Assembly: GCF_001945605.1 (NCBI RefSeq)
Contig: NZ_MPKA01000139.1
Coordinates: 1 to 32,000 of the forward strand
Direction: 5' to 3'
Origin: Dubosiella newyorkensis
Lineage (GTDB): Bacteria; Bacillota_I; Bacilli_A; Erysipelotrichales; Erysipelotrichaceae
DNA: 32,000 nt
The notes under the pieces: model-generated
Databases searched by the model: none
Told to the model about the DNA's origin: nothing
The model's input: the letters and a program-made list of their open reading frames with translations, nothing else
Program-made: the position numbers and the translations under genes
In this document: positions 1 to 9,140 of the stretch, piece after piece
Layout: the number at the start of each line of letters is the position of its first letter
Position numbering within the stretch: position 1 is the stretch's first letter

Positions 1-90
1 TACCTGTTCCCGTCCCGAACACAGAAGTCAAGCACTCCATCGCCGAAGGTAGTTGGCTTAGCGCCTGCAAGAATAGGACGCTGCCGGTTC
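1..90 (+). rRNA. rrf: 5S rRNA, 3-prime ~90 nt (5-prime end lies upstream of the window)
   Basis: CCGTCCCGAACACAGAAGTCAAGC...AGAATAGGACGCTGCCGG aligns by eye with the conserved core and 3-prime end of Bacillota 5S rRNA (B. subtilis ...CCGAACACGGAAGTTAAGC...GAGAGTAGGACGCCGCC). A rho-independent terminator follows directly. Confidence 0.85.
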
Positions 91-97
91 TAGAGAA

Positions 98-127
98 GCT
101 AGCAAGACAGACTTGCTGGCTTTTTTT
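98..127 (+). terminator. rho-independent terminator of the rrn operon
   Basis: Stem GCTAGCAAG (98-106) / CTTGCTGGC (112-120) with one G:T pair, loop ACAGA, then T7 (121-127). Confidence 0.8.
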
Positions 128-154
128 GTAGGATTCCATTTTGTATGTTACAAT
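126..154 (+). promoter_or_regulatory. sigma-A type promoter, TTGTAG-17-TACAAT with TG extension
   Basis: -35 TTGTAG 126-131, 17-nt spacer, TGt at 146-148, -10 TACAAT 149-154. The track ATG at 145 lies inside this promoter. Confidence 0.55.
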
Positions 155-177
155 TCATAAGGCAAAGGGGAAACAGT

Positions 178-1638
178 GTGAAAACAGGATTTGATAACGA
201 TAAATATTTAGCTTTACAATCTGAAAATATAAAAAACAGAATCGCTCAATTTGGAGATAAATTGTATTTAGAGTTTGGAGGCAAGCTGTTCGACGACTAC
301 CATGCAAGTCGTGTATTGCCTGGATTTGCTCCCGACAGCAAGCTTCAAATGCTCCTGCAGCTCAAAGATCATGCAGAGATCGTAATCGTCGTTAACGCAA
401 ACCACCTTCAAGAAAATAAGATCCGCTCAGATCTTAGGATCGGATACGATGAAGAAGTCTTTCGCTTGATCGATGAATTTACGAATGTAGGACTTTACGT
501 AGGCTCTGTCGTCATCACCCAATACGGTCGTCAAAAAGAAGCCAAACGATTAGAGTCTCGTTTAAAACGGAAAAATATTCCCGTTTATCATCATTATTCG
601 ATCGAGGGATATCCAACGAATACGAAAAAGATCATTTCTAAAGAAGGATTTGGACATAACGATTATATCCAAACTTCTAGAGAACTTGTCGTTGTAACAG
701 CGCCTGGCCCGGGAAGCGGAAAAATGGCGACATGCCTTTCGCAGCTCTATCATGAAAACCTTCATGGAATCAAAGCCGGCTATGCAAAATACGAAACCTT
801 TCCAATTTGGAATTTACCACTCGATCACCCAGTTAATCTAGCCTATGAAGCGGCTACTGCAGATTTGAACGATGTCAACATGATCGATCCATTCCATTTG
901 ACGGCTTATAATGAAATCACCGTCAACTACAATCGAGACATTGAGATCTTTCCGGTCTTAAAACATATGTTTGAAGAGATCTATGGCGAAAGCCCATATC
1001 TTTCGCCGACCGATATGGGTGTCAATATGGCAGGCTTCTGCATTTCGGATGATCTTGTCTGCCGCGAAGCTTCAAAACAAGAAATCTTGCGCCGCTATTT
1101 TGGAACACTTACACGCCTATACAATGAATTGTGCACAGAAAGTGAACTACAAAAACAGCAGCTTTTGCTCCAGAAAGCGCAAATCGTTGAAGAAGATCGT
1201 CCTTGTGTCAAAGCGGCCCGCGAAAAAGAAGCAAGAACGCATTCTTTTTCTGGCGCCATCGAATTGAAGGACGGAACCCTCGTCACCGGAAAAACAAGTC
1301 AATTCATGGGACCATGTGCCGCGATCATTATGAACGCGATCAAATATTTAGCGAATATCGATGAAAAAGAAGATCTAATCAAAAAAGACGCGTTCAAGCC
1401 CATTCAAAATCTAAAAACGAATTATCTAGGAAGCCTCAATCCGCGTCTTCACTCCAACGAGATGTTGATCGCGCTCTCGCTTAGCGCGCAATCAAACCCA
1501 CTCGCGAAAAAAGCGCTCGAGCAGCTTCCTAAACTCCAAGGAAACCAAGCTCATATCACATCCAGGATCTCGAATGTCGATATGACGATTCTCAACAATC
1601 TAGGTATTCAAGTGACCTATGAAGCACAGAAAGGATAA
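178..1638 (+). CDS. DUF1846 / UPF0371 family protein (function unknown)
   Basis: Translation matches my memory of the family along its whole length (GFDNDKYL..LYLEFGGKLFDDYHASRVLPGF..VVVTAPGPGSGK..AGYAKYETFPIWNLPL..NLAYEAATADLNDVNMIDPFH). GTG 178 is preferred as the start: GGGG RBS at 167-170, family N-termini begin near KxGFD, and ATG 145 sits inside the promoter. Confidence 0.85.
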   Translation: MKTGFDNDKYLALQSENIKNRIAQFGDKLYLEFGGKLFDDYHASRVLPGFAPDSKLQMLLQLKDHAEIVIVVNANHLQENKIRSDLRIGYDEEVFRLIDEFTNVGLYVGSVVITQYGRQKEAKRLESRLKRKNIPVYHHYSIEGYPTNTKKIISKEGFGHNDYIQTSRELVVVTAPGPGSGKMATCLSQLYHENLHGIKAGYAKYETFPIWNLPLDHPVNLAYEAATADLNDVNMIDPFHLTAYNEITVNYNRDIEIFPVLKHMFEEIYGESPYLSPTDMGVNMAGFCISDDLVCREASKQEILRRYFGTLTRLYNELCTESELQKQQLLLQKAQIVEEDRPCVKAAREKEARTHSFSGAIELKDGTLVTGKTSQFMGPCAAIIMNAIKYLANIDEKEDLIKKDAFKPIQNLKTNYLGSLNPRLHSNEMLIALSLSAQSNPLAKKALEQLPKLQGNQAHITSRISNVDMTILNNLGIQVTYEAQKG

Positions 1639-1642
1639 ACTT

Positions 1643-1930
1643 ATGGCAAAAACAATTTCCGCTTCTGGATCAGGCGCCGTACGCACGATCCTCAAAAATA
1701 AAGAAGCATTTGAGTTCGCGCTCCGTTCTAAAGAAACAGAAGGAAACCGCATTCGCTATTTCTATGATGTTTTTTATGAAAACACAAACGGAACGCTCAA
1801 TATCGCGGTCGAAGACGGCGATGTCAAGATCGCATCTCTGAACTTATCACTGGGAAAGGTCATCAATCTTTACAATGATAAGAACTTAAAAAAGCTCTGC
1901 CATTACGTACTTGAACATACAGAAGAATGA
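1643..1930 (+). CDS. hypothetical small protein (95 aa)
   Basis: ORF starts 5 nt after the DUF1846 stop with RBS AAAGGA. No recognisable motif. Confidence 0.55.
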   Translation: MAKTISASGSGAVRTILKNKEAFEFALRSKETEGNRIRYFYDVFYENTNGTLNIAVEDGDVKIASLNLSLGKVINLYNDKNLKKLCHYVLEHTEE

Positions 1931-2226
1931 AAGCTCTCTTATATATCGTCGTAAAAGGAAATGAACAAACCGTTCAACATATTCAAGAGATCCTTCGATC
2001 ACGGATTCAATCGGTTTCCTTTTCACCCTATCGCGAGCAAGCAAGCTTGAAGGACTGCATCGAAATGAATGCCACATTTTCGATCGAACAAGACGAAGTC
2101 GACGCACTCCTTCAGTTTCTAGATAACGATTGGGATGGAGAAAAAGACGACTGCACTTGTTATGGATTCAATACAAAACCGTTTGATCCTTCGATCTATT
2201 TTATGCGATTTGAATACTTACACTAA
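1927..2226 (+). CDS. hypothetical small acidic protein (99 aa)
   Basis: ATGA stop/start overlap with the preceding ORF (translational coupling). No recognisable motif. Confidence 0.55.
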   Translation: MKALLYIVVKGNEQTVQHIQEILRSRIQSVSFSPYREQASLKDCIEMNATFSIEQDEVDALLQFLDNDWDGEKDDCTCYGFNTKPFDPSIYFMRFEYLH

Positions 2227-2251
2227 AAAAACGCCATCAAGGCGTTTTTTT
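2225..2251. terminator. bidirectional rho-independent terminator shared by convergent genes
   Basis: A6-ACGCC-atcaa-GGCGT-T6. The A-run and T-run allow function in both directions. The minus-strand nnr stop codon (2237-2239) lies in the loop. Confidence 0.8.
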
Positions 2252-3760
2252 AGATTGAAGCGTTAAAAAGGCTTGAGAAAGATTTTCAACAAGATCATTG
2301 GGGGTGAAGCTGATTGGATCCACAGACGATAAAGAAGCAGCCAATGAATGAGCGTACACGCCGCAAAGAGCCGCTAGATAGGCATCATGACACCAAGCAT
2401 ACAAACCAAGGATCATCCCTGCAAGCGTATCGCCAGATCCCCCCTTGGCCAGCGCAGAAGTCGGGTGATCGAGCACGAATAATCGATCTTGGAAACCAAT
2501 CAATGTGATCGAAGATTTTAAAACAAGAACCACGGAAGGATTCTCTTTACAAAAACGCTTTACGATCTTTATACGATCTCTTTCGATTTCTTTTACATCT
2601 ATATCTAGAAGATCGGCCATCTCTTTCAGGTGAGGCGTCAAGATCGTGTCCGCCTTCCTTTGACTTAGATCGATCTCTTTCTTTATATACACTAATCCAT
2701 CCGCATCCACTAAAACGGGCTTATTGGAAGCAAGAAGGAGTTTGACCATTTGTTCTGTAACCGCATATTTATGCATTCCATTTCCAATGCTGAAAGCATC
2801 ATACCGATCAAGCTGCTCCTTTAAGATAGAAAGCGCATCTTGGCTAAATCGGCCATTCTCCTCCGGAACGCCAAGACTCATGACATAACTCATCTTTGTT
2901 TCCAGAAGCATCTGGATCGATTTTGGTACAAAAACACTCAATAAACCAACTCCGCTATGAAAGCAAGCATCGGCAGCCATAGAAATGGCGCCAGGCATTT
3001 CATCGCTCCCACCAATCATCAATACTTTTCCATTCTTATTTTTATAACTGAACGGATCGCGCCTAGGAAAGATCGAGCGGACGTACTCTAAATTCAATAG
3101 ACTCGCACAATCCCGATGCAAAAAAGAAGGGATACCAATGTCGACGCTCTTAAGAGTGCCACATACATTTTTTCCTTCTCTCAACAATTCTCCCCATTTG
3201 ATCGAGTCGATCGCTATGGTGAGATCGGCGTGAGCACAAACTCCCAAGATCTCTCCAGTATCCGCATTTAAGCCGCTAGGAATATCGATTGCCAACACAA
3301 AAGTATCTAAAGAATTGATTGCTTCGATCCACGTCGCAAAGATCCCTTCAATGGGTCTAGAAAGGCCGCTTCCAAATAGAGCATCTACGATCATGTCTGC
3401 TTGCTCGAGTTCGACAAAGGCAGCAGGATCCGTGTTTAAAAAACATGGAATATCGAGCTTTTGAATCGCTTCAAATTGAATTTTTTCTTCGTTTGAAAAA
3501 CGATCCATAGAAGGGTGGATGCAAGAAACGGGCTGTTCTTTGAGTGCAAGGAGCCGAGCGAGCGCCATTCCATCGGCTCCGTTGTTTCCTGGTCCGCAAA
3601 CGATCACGATTTTTTGATACGAAGTGTCTGGAATCGAATGTAAAAGTTCGATTGCGGCATGCTCCATCAAGACCAAAGAAGGGATCTTGATTGAATGAAT
3701 CGCTTCATAATCGATTTGACGAGCTTGTTCTCTAGAAGCGATAAAAATCTCATTCGACAT
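2237..3760 (-). CDS. nnr: bifunctional NAD(P)H-hydrate repair enzyme (NAD(P)HX epimerase / ADP-dependent NAD(P)HX dehydratase)
   Basis: N-terminal YjeF_N motif VCGPGNNGADG and C-terminal carbohydrate-kinase-like motif KGGSGDTLAG; 507 aa is typical of the fused form. Confidence 0.88.
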   Translation of the reverse strand: MSNEIFIASREQARQIDYEAIHSIKIPSLVLMEHAAIELLHSIPDTSYQKIVIVCGPGNNGADGMALARLLALKEQPVSCIHPSMDRFSNEEKIQFEAIQKLDIPCFLNTDPAAFVELEQADMIVDALFGSGLSRPIEGIFATWIEAINSLDTFVLAIDIPSGLNADTGEILGVCAHADLTIAIDSIKWGELLREGKNVCGTLKSVDIGIPSFLHRDCASLLNLEYVRSIFPRRDPFSYKNKNGKVLMIGGSDEMPGAISMAADACFHSGVGLLSVFVPKSIQMLLETKMSYVMSLGVPEENGRFSQDALSILKEQLDRYDAFSIGNGMHKYAVTEQMVKLLLASNKPVLVDADGLVYIKKEIDLSQRKADTILTPHLKEMADLLDIDVKEIERDRIKIVKRFCKENPSVVLVLKSSITLIGFQDRLFVLDHPTSALAKGGSGDTLAGMILGLYAWCHDAYLAALCGVYAHSLAASLSSVDPISFTPNDLVENLSQAFLTLQSKKTP

Positions 3761-4031
3761 CGATCGTCACCGAATGATCCATATAGGGTGCGAATTCTTG
3801 TTTGATCTTTTGATGAAATGGATCGTTGGCATACCGGTCTAGATCCTCTTTGTTCAATTCGACTTCTAATAAAACATCATAGCTGCGAGGGGAATCTAAA
3901 AAATCGGCGCCAACAAAAAATGACGAAACATAAGGGATCGTTTCCTGATCCATCTTTCTTAAAATGTCCATGACACGCTTCTGATTTTGAGAAGTGCGCT
4001 CCTTTAATTTGATCAATACGATATGTTTCAT
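3750..4031 (-). CDS. Dabb (stress-responsive alpha/beta barrel) domain protein
   Basis: 93 aa. The pattern MKHIVLIKLK...F.G.DF......YD..L.VE......L..Y..DP.H is typical of Dabb proteins. Overlaps the nnr start by 11 nt. Confidence 0.7.
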   Translation of the reverse strand: MKHIVLIKLKERTSQNQKRVMDILRKMDQETIPYVSSFFVGADFLDSPRSYDVLLEVELNKEDLDRYANDPFHQKIKQEFAPYMDHSVTIDVE

Positions 4032-4092
4032 AAATCCTCCTTTATTTGCTTTTTTATTTTAAACAAGTTGTGTCAAAACCACAATTTTCATG

Positions 4093-4101
4093 TGCTATAA
4101 T
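4093..4101 (+). promoter_or_regulatory. extended -10 promoter element (TGcTATAAT)
   Basis: TG 4093-4094 and TATAAT 4096-4101; no good -35. The track ATG at 4090 lies inside it, which supports the downstream start at 4123. Confidence 0.5.
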
Positions 4102-4122
4102 GATGAGCTGAAGGAGACTACT

Positions 4123-5754
4123 ATGCCAAAAGGAAAAGTAAAAAAGTCAATTATATACAGTGGCTTGATTGGAACAGGAGGCTATTTCTTTGCGAAGCTG
4201 ATCAGTCTGTTTTATGTGATCCCTTTGAGTTCGATCTTAGATTCAGCAACGTATACGAACTTTTATGGAACAGCCTATAATATCTATTCCTATTTTTTAA
4301 ATATATTTAGCGCAGGATTTCCTTTCGCTATCGCGACTCTGGTGGCTAAATACTCAGCTAAAGAGGATGCGAAAACGATCTTGATCATTAAAAGGATCTC
4401 GATTTTATTTCTTTCCTTGACTGGATTTGTCGGAATGCTTGTCATGTGCGCATTATCTGGGCCGATCGCACATCTTGTTGCCGCCTCATCCGATCCAGCC
4501 ATCATTCAGATCATGCAGATCGTCTTATGCATATTAGGCGTGGCGATCTTTTTTGTCCCTGTTTTGTCGGCTTATCGAGGCTTTGTCCAAGGCGAAAAAG
4601 AAATCGAAGAATATGCGTTTTCTCAAACATTCGAACAAATATTTCGGGTCGGTTTTCTCTTAAGCGCTTCGTGTCTATGTGTTTATGCTTTAGGGATGGA
4701 GCGAAAATGGGCGCTCTATGCTTCTGTATCGAGCACTGTGATCGCCGCCATTGCCGGTTTGATCCAGATCATCCGTTTCGATCGCAAAAGCAACAAACGC
4801 CTTCAAAAAGAGGCGGCCATTCAAAAGACTCATGCGATCCCGACCAAAAAATTATTTCGAGAATTTATTTTATTAGCTATTCCATACTTTGTGGTTGCCG
4901 TTCTTGGCTATAGCGATCAAATCTACAATTCGATCTTATTGCCATTGGGTCTAAAATCTGGCCAATATTTACCAGAAGAATATGACACGATTATTTCGGC
5001 TTTCAACTTTTCTGGCGGTAAGATCATCGCGATCCCGATGATTTTAGCCCCTGGATTTACGGCTGCGATCATTCCTCATATCACGACCGCTTTGGAAGAA
5101 AAGAATATACGACTTGTTCGTTCTAACGTGATCGACTGTTTAAATATTATTCTTTATATCGGATTTATGCTTTCGTTTTGCATATTTATTTATGCAAAAC
5201 CGATCACGTATATTTTATTTTCTTCTAAAAATCTTGAATTGAGTAGCAGCGTGTTGCGTTGGCTTGCACTTGAAGGCTTTACCGGCACGCTTATGCCCGT
5301 GATCACCAATATCATGATGGCGCTGCGTTTGCGAAAAAGCGTTTTGAAACGGTTATTCATTTATACGCTCATCAAAGGAATCTTGATGGTGCCTATGATT
5401 TGGCTGATCGGATTCCCAGGTGCTATTCTTTCTTCAATGATTGCTGCGATCTATCTTGTTTATTCCAACCTGAAAGAGATGGCAGAAACGTATGGGATCC
5501 ATTTTAAAGGGCTGATCCATAAGTTTGTGCTCGAATTTATGATTTGTCTATGTATGTGGCTAGTTGCCTTCCTGTTGACAAAGATCGGTTTAGATGGCGT
5601 AGGCGGCTCACGAGTCTTCGGATTTTTTAAGCTTGGCATCAACGGATTGTTTGTCGTGCTTTTCTATATTGGAATGAGCTTGTTTTTTCAGATTCCGCAG
5701 ACGATCTTTCATTTTAAGCTGAAAAGAAAGCCAAGCAGAACGGAGGTACGCTAA
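4123..5754 (+). CDS. MOP-superfamily polysaccharide/lipid II flippase (MurJ/YtgP/SpoVB-like)
   Basis: 543-aa polytopic membrane protein with many hydrophobic helices along its length. Size and N-terminal pattern (K...S..Y.GL.GT...F.AK..S..YVIPL) resemble the Bacillota polysaccharide-biosynthesis-protein family. Start at ATG 4123 with RBS GGAG. Confidence 0.7.
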   Translation: MPKGKVKKSIIYSGLIGTGGYFFAKLISLFYVIPLSSILDSATYTNFYGTAYNIYSYFLNIFSAGFPFAIATLVAKYSAKEDAKTILIIKRISILFLSLTGFVGMLVMCALSGPIAHLVAASSDPAIIQIMQIVLCILGVAIFFVPVLSAYRGFVQGEKEIEEYAFSQTFEQIFRVGFLLSASCLCVYALGMERKWALYASVSSTVIAAIAGLIQIIRFDRKSNKRLQKEAAIQKTHAIPTKKLFREFILLAIPYFVVAVLGYSDQIYNSILLPLGLKSGQYLPEEYDTIISAFNFSGGKIIAIPMILAPGFTAAIIPHITTALEEKNIRLVRSNVIDCLNIILYIGFMLSFCIFIYAKPITYILFSSKNLELSSSVLRWLALEGFTGTLMPVITNIMMALRLRKSVLKRLFIYTLIKGILMVPMIWLIGFPGAILSSMIAAIYLVYSNLKEMAETYGIHFKGLIHKFVLEFMICLCMWLVAFLLTKIGLDGVGGSRVFGFFKLGINGLFVVLFYIGMSLFFQIPQTIFHFKLKRKPSRTEVR

Positions 5755-7604
5755 TGTATGATGTGATCGTGATCGGAGGAGGACATGCGGGAATCGAAGC
5801 TGTATTGGCGGCTCATCGTATGGGAAAAAAAGCGGCGCTGATCACTTTAAATATCGATATGATCGGCTCGATGCCTTGCAATCCTAGCGTTGGCGGACCA
5901 GCCAAAGGAATCGTTGTCCGTGAAATCGACGCGCTTGGAGGCTTGATGCCTATCGCCGCGGATAGGACCGCCCTCCAATTCAAAATGCTCAATACCACAA
6001 AGGGTCCTGGTGTCTGGTCTTTGCGAGTTCAAAGCGATAAAGAAGAATATAAGCGGTTCATGAAAAACTACCTTCTTGATCAAGAAGGCTTGGATGTGAT
6101 CGAGGCTGCTGTTGCCAAAGTATGGATCGAAGAGGGTGTTGCCAAAGGGGTGATCTTGGCCAACGGAGAAAGACTATTCTCGAAAACGGTCGTATTGACA
6201 GCGGGCACCTACATGACATCCAATGTTCTTCGTGGCCATACATCGATCGAGAGCGGACCAGAAAACCAGCCAACGATCAATACTTTATCGGCTTCCTTGG
6301 AAAAAGAAGGCGTGCGCTTGTTTCGATTAAAAACAGGCACACCTCCACGAATCAAGATGGCCACTGTTGATTTTCTTCATGCGGAAAAACAACCAGGCAG
6401 TCCAGCGTTTTATAGTTTTTCTGAGACGACAAAACCAGATGAGGTGCTCTCTTTTCAAGAACAAGAAATGTGCCATCTTATTTATACAACACCAGAAACG
6501 CACGCGATCATTCATGAACATCTTCATGATTCCGCTATGTATTCAGGACTTGTCAAAGGGGTAGGCCCGCGTTATTGTCCAAGCATAGAAGATAAGCTGG
6601 TTCGTTTTTCCGATAAGCCAAGGCATCAGTTATTTTTAGAGCCTGAATCCAAATCGCTCGATACGATCTATATTCAAGGCTTTTCAACTTCGATGCCGAT
6701 CGACGTTCAAGAAAAAATGGTCCATTCCTTGCCAGGATTGGAGCATTGTGAAATTGAAAAATACGCGTACGCGATCGAATACGACGCGATCGATCCGCTG
6801 CAGATGAAACCTTCTTTAGAAAACAAGGTCATTGAAAATTTATTTACGGCTGGGCAAGTCAATGGAACAAGCGGCTATGAAGAAGCGGCAGGACAAGGTC
6901 TATTGGCTGGAGCGAATGCGGCTTTGAAGATCGATGGAAAAGAACCGCTGATCTTAAAAAGAGATGAAGCGTATATGGGTGTGATGATCGATGATCTTAG
7001 CACCAAGGGAACGAAAGAGCCATATCGCCTTTTAACTTCGCGCGCTGAGTTTCGTTTGCTGTTGCGCCATGACAACGCTGATCAGCGTCTTCTTGAAAAA
7101 GGGTACAAGATCGGTCTTGTCAGTCAAGAAAGATACGACGCCTATCGAAAGAAAATGGAAGCGATCAAGCAAGCTCGTGAAGAACTCGAACAGATCCGCA
7201 TCAAACCAGATGCCAAGACGAACGCGTATTTAGCCACATTCGGCTATGATGAACTCAAGCATGGATGTTCGGCTTTAGAATTGCTGAAACGTCCTAAGAT
7301 CACTCTTGAAAATATGGCTGAGCTCATTAGCAAACGTTATGATCCGAAAGCTGCGCAAGATATTGAAATCGAATGTAAATATGAAGGATATATCGCCAAA
7401 GCAAAACGAGATGTCGCGCATCTGCGTTCGATGGAAGATAAAAAGCTTCCGCAAGATCTTGATTATCTTCAAATGGAAAATTTGTCTTTAGAAGCACGTC
7501 AAAAGCTCGATTCGATCCGACCGATGACCTTAGGGCAAGCATCGCGGATTTCCGGGATCAATCCAAGTGACATCGCGATTTTGGCGATGCATATAAATTC
7601 GTGA
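5754..7604 (+). CDS. mnmG: tRNA uridine 5-carboxymethylaminomethyl modification enzyme MnmG (GidA)
   Basis: MYDVIVIGGGHAGIEA FAD fingerprint, GPRYCPSIEDK motif, full-length similarity, 616 aa. The start overlaps the previous stop by 1 nt. Confidence 0.95.
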   Translation: MYDVIVIGGGHAGIEAVLAAHRMGKKAALITLNIDMIGSMPCNPSVGGPAKGIVVREIDALGGLMPIAADRTALQFKMLNTTKGPGVWSLRVQSDKEEYKRFMKNYLLDQEGLDVIEAAVAKVWIEEGVAKGVILANGERLFSKTVVLTAGTYMTSNVLRGHTSIESGPENQPTINTLSASLEKEGVRLFRLKTGTPPRIKMATVDFLHAEKQPGSPAFYSFSETTKPDEVLSFQEQEMCHLIYTTPETHAIIHEHLHDSAMYSGLVKGVGPRYCPSIEDKLVRFSDKPRHQLFLEPESKSLDTIYIQGFSTSMPIDVQEKMVHSLPGLEHCEIEKYAYAIEYDAIDPLQMKPSLENKVIENLFTAGQVNGTSGYEEAAGQGLLAGANAALKIDGKEPLILKRDEAYMGVMIDDLSTKGTKEPYRLLTSRAEFRLLLRHDNADQRLLEKGYKIGLVSQERYDAYRKKMEAIKQAREELEQIRIKPDAKTNAYLATFGYDELKHGCSALELLKRPKITLENMAELISKRYDPKAAQDIEIECKYEGYIAKAKRDVAHLRSMEDKKLPQDLDYLQMENLSLEARQKLDSIRPMTLGQASRISGINPSDIAILAMHINS

Positions 7605-7638
7605 TATAGTAGAGATATAAAGCGAGGGGATAGAGACG

Positions 7639-7959
7639 ATGAAACAAGTAAAAAAGCGCCGAAAGCTCGCAGAACCGATCCGTAAGTTAGGTTCTGTACT
7701 GTTGTTGTTCGTTTCTGGATGTTTCTTTTATTTTGGAGCTAAGGATATTTCGACTACAATCGCTTTAAAAGAAAGTATCCAGGAAAACTTAAAAGAATCC
7801 GCTGAATTGGATTCAAAAAAGAAAGAACTAGAAGCTACAAAAGAGAATCTTTCCAATCCGGAATATGTGGAATATATTGCTCGCGGAAAGTATTTGGTCA
7901 CGAAAGAAGGGGAACAAGTGTTCAAGTTTCCTAGCATCGATCTGCAAGAAGGGGAATGA
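7639..7959 (+). CDS. septum formation initiator family protein (DivIC/FtsB-like)
   Basis: Basic N-terminus, one TM helix, a coiled-coil stretch (LKESAELDSKKKELEATKENL), then the conserved tail PEYVEYIARGKY..TKEGE.VFKF. Confidence 0.75.
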   Translation: MKQVKKRRKLAEPIRKLGSVLLLFVSGCFFYFGAKDISTTIALKESIQENLKESAELDSKKKELEATKENLSNPEYVEYIARGKYLVTKEGEQVFKFPSIDLQEGE

Positions 7960-8453
7960 AAATGGCGCAAGATTATTCAATGTATGAGTGGCGAAAATAT
8001 AAACAATACTATACAGAACAAGAGGGAAAGATCCTATTCAAGGAGGATACACCCTCTTTTGTTTTAGAGAGCTATCAAAAAGAAATGGCGCAATACCAAG
8101 GGTTGCAGGATTTTGCCAAAAGAAAAAATTCTAAGACATCCATTTTATTCAAATCTAAGAAAAAAGAAAAAAAGCCAATCGATCAGTTTGTCAAAGGATT
8201 GAAGGAACATCGCTTTGATGAAGATCTTTTCGCGCCTGTTTTTTTGTGGCTTAGCGTAGACGGGAAAGCTCTAGCTCGAGCAAGCTGGATTGACATTTCT
8301 GAAGAGCTGCATTTGATCCAGGTTTACGAAAACAAAGAAATCACGTTCGTAAAAGCGCAAAGCGAAACGGGAGATCATCTATTTATGCTCACATGGGATG
8401 CAAAAAACCAACCCACAAGAATACAGGGATTTTATGCGATATTACCACAATAA
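7956..8453 (+). CDS. hypothetical protein (165 aa)
   Basis: ATGA overlap with the divIC-like gene. No recognisable motif. ATG 7962 is an alternative start. Confidence 0.5.
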   Translation: MKMAQDYSMYEWRKYKQYYTEQEGKILFKEDTPSFVLESYQKEMAQYQGLQDFAKRKNSKTSILFKSKKKEKKPIDQFVKGLKEHRFDEDLFAPVFLWLSVDGKALARASWIDISEELHLIQVYENKEITFVKAQSETGDHLFMLTWDAKNQPTRIQGFYAILPQ

Positions 8454-8495
8454 ACCTTAATAAAATAACACGAATAAGTTTTACGAACATATCAA

Positions 8496-8524
8496 TTGTA
8501 ATTATATGACTTCTTTTATACTAT
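8496..8524 (+). promoter_or_regulatory. putative promoter TTGTAA-17-TACTAT
   Basis: -35 at 8496-8501 and -10 at 8519-8524 in an AT-rich spacer. The track ATG 8506 lies inside it. Confidence 0.45.
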
Positions 8525-8550
8525 ATAAGTTAAATAGGAGGGCCATAATT

Positions 8551-9042
8551 ATGGAAAAAGATCATGGATTAAATATCCCAAAATATTTAATTGTTCCTTA
8601 TAGATCGGATCTAGCCAAAGAAATCTTCATTTCCCTCAATTTATGGCAAAGAGAGCATTGGACGATCAATACGAAACCGACATGGATCTGTATCCCCGGC
8701 AGCGATACGCATGGAATGATCTATTGGATCGAAACGGCTGATTTGATCATTCGCCCTCAATCGAAGCAAGTGTTCAAAGGAAAAAAAGAACTTCATTTGA
8801 CGCCGACCACGTTTCAGATCTTGCATCGACTCGTTGCTTGCAGTGCTTTTACTGTGACTCGTGATTCGCTTCATACGATTTATGATCACGAAATTGAAGA
8901 AAACACACTGACACAAGCAATCAGCGATCTTAGAAAACAGCTCGGAGAAGGGCCACGAGGAAAACAATATATCCAGACAGTGAAAGGAGTCGGGTATCGT
9001 TGGGGATATCCTGTGGAGCGAATCGATGAAGGAGTTTTATAA
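8551..9042 (+). CDS. OmpR/PhoB-type winged-helix DNA-binding protein with a short non-canonical N-terminal domain
   Basis: The C-terminal ~95 aa read as Trans_reg_C (LTPTTFQILHRLV...TRDSL...........NTLTQAISDLRKQL.......YIQTVKGVGYRW). The N-terminal ~75 aa lack the receiver acidic pocket. Start ATG 8551 with RBS TAGGAGGG. Confidence 0.7.
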   Translation: MEKDHGLNIPKYLIVPYRSDLAKEIFISLNLWQREHWTINTKPTWICIPGSDTHGMIYWIETADLIIRPQSKQVFKGKKELHLTPTTFQILHRLVACSAFTVTRDSLHTIYDHEIEENTLTQAISDLRKQLGEGPRGKQYIQTVKGVGYRWGYPVERIDEGVL

Positions 9043-9112
9043 AATTTAATATCCTTAGTGTTTGTTTGTATACGAAAATACAAATTCTGCAAGTTTAATG
9101 CCCATAATTTCT

Positions 9113-9140
9113 TTGATTTGTGGAATTCAATTGGTATAAT
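9113..9140 (+). promoter_or_regulatory. strong promoter TTGATT-16-TATAAT with TG extension
   Basis: -35 at 9113-9118, TGg at 9132-9134, -10 TATAAT at 9135-9140, 22 nt upstream of the glgP start. Confidence 0.65.

Noticed and set aside
4446-4913. 155-aa alternative-frame ORF inside the flippase gene. Similar cases are 21807-22304 and 22388-22888 inside the GRE gene and 14479-14850 inside the RDD::PHP gene.
   Set aside because: They are same-strand overlapping frames with Arg/Ser/Cys-rich, motif-free translations. The primary frames carry the diagnostic motifs.
9065-9084. Hairpin TTTGTAT-acgaaa-ATACAAA downstream of the winged-helix gene, considered as its terminator.
   Set aside because: The stem is only 7 bp and all A/T, and it is followed by TTCTGC rather than a T-run. 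That is too weak to call a terminator. It is mentioned only as a possible operator-like palindrome within the related finding.
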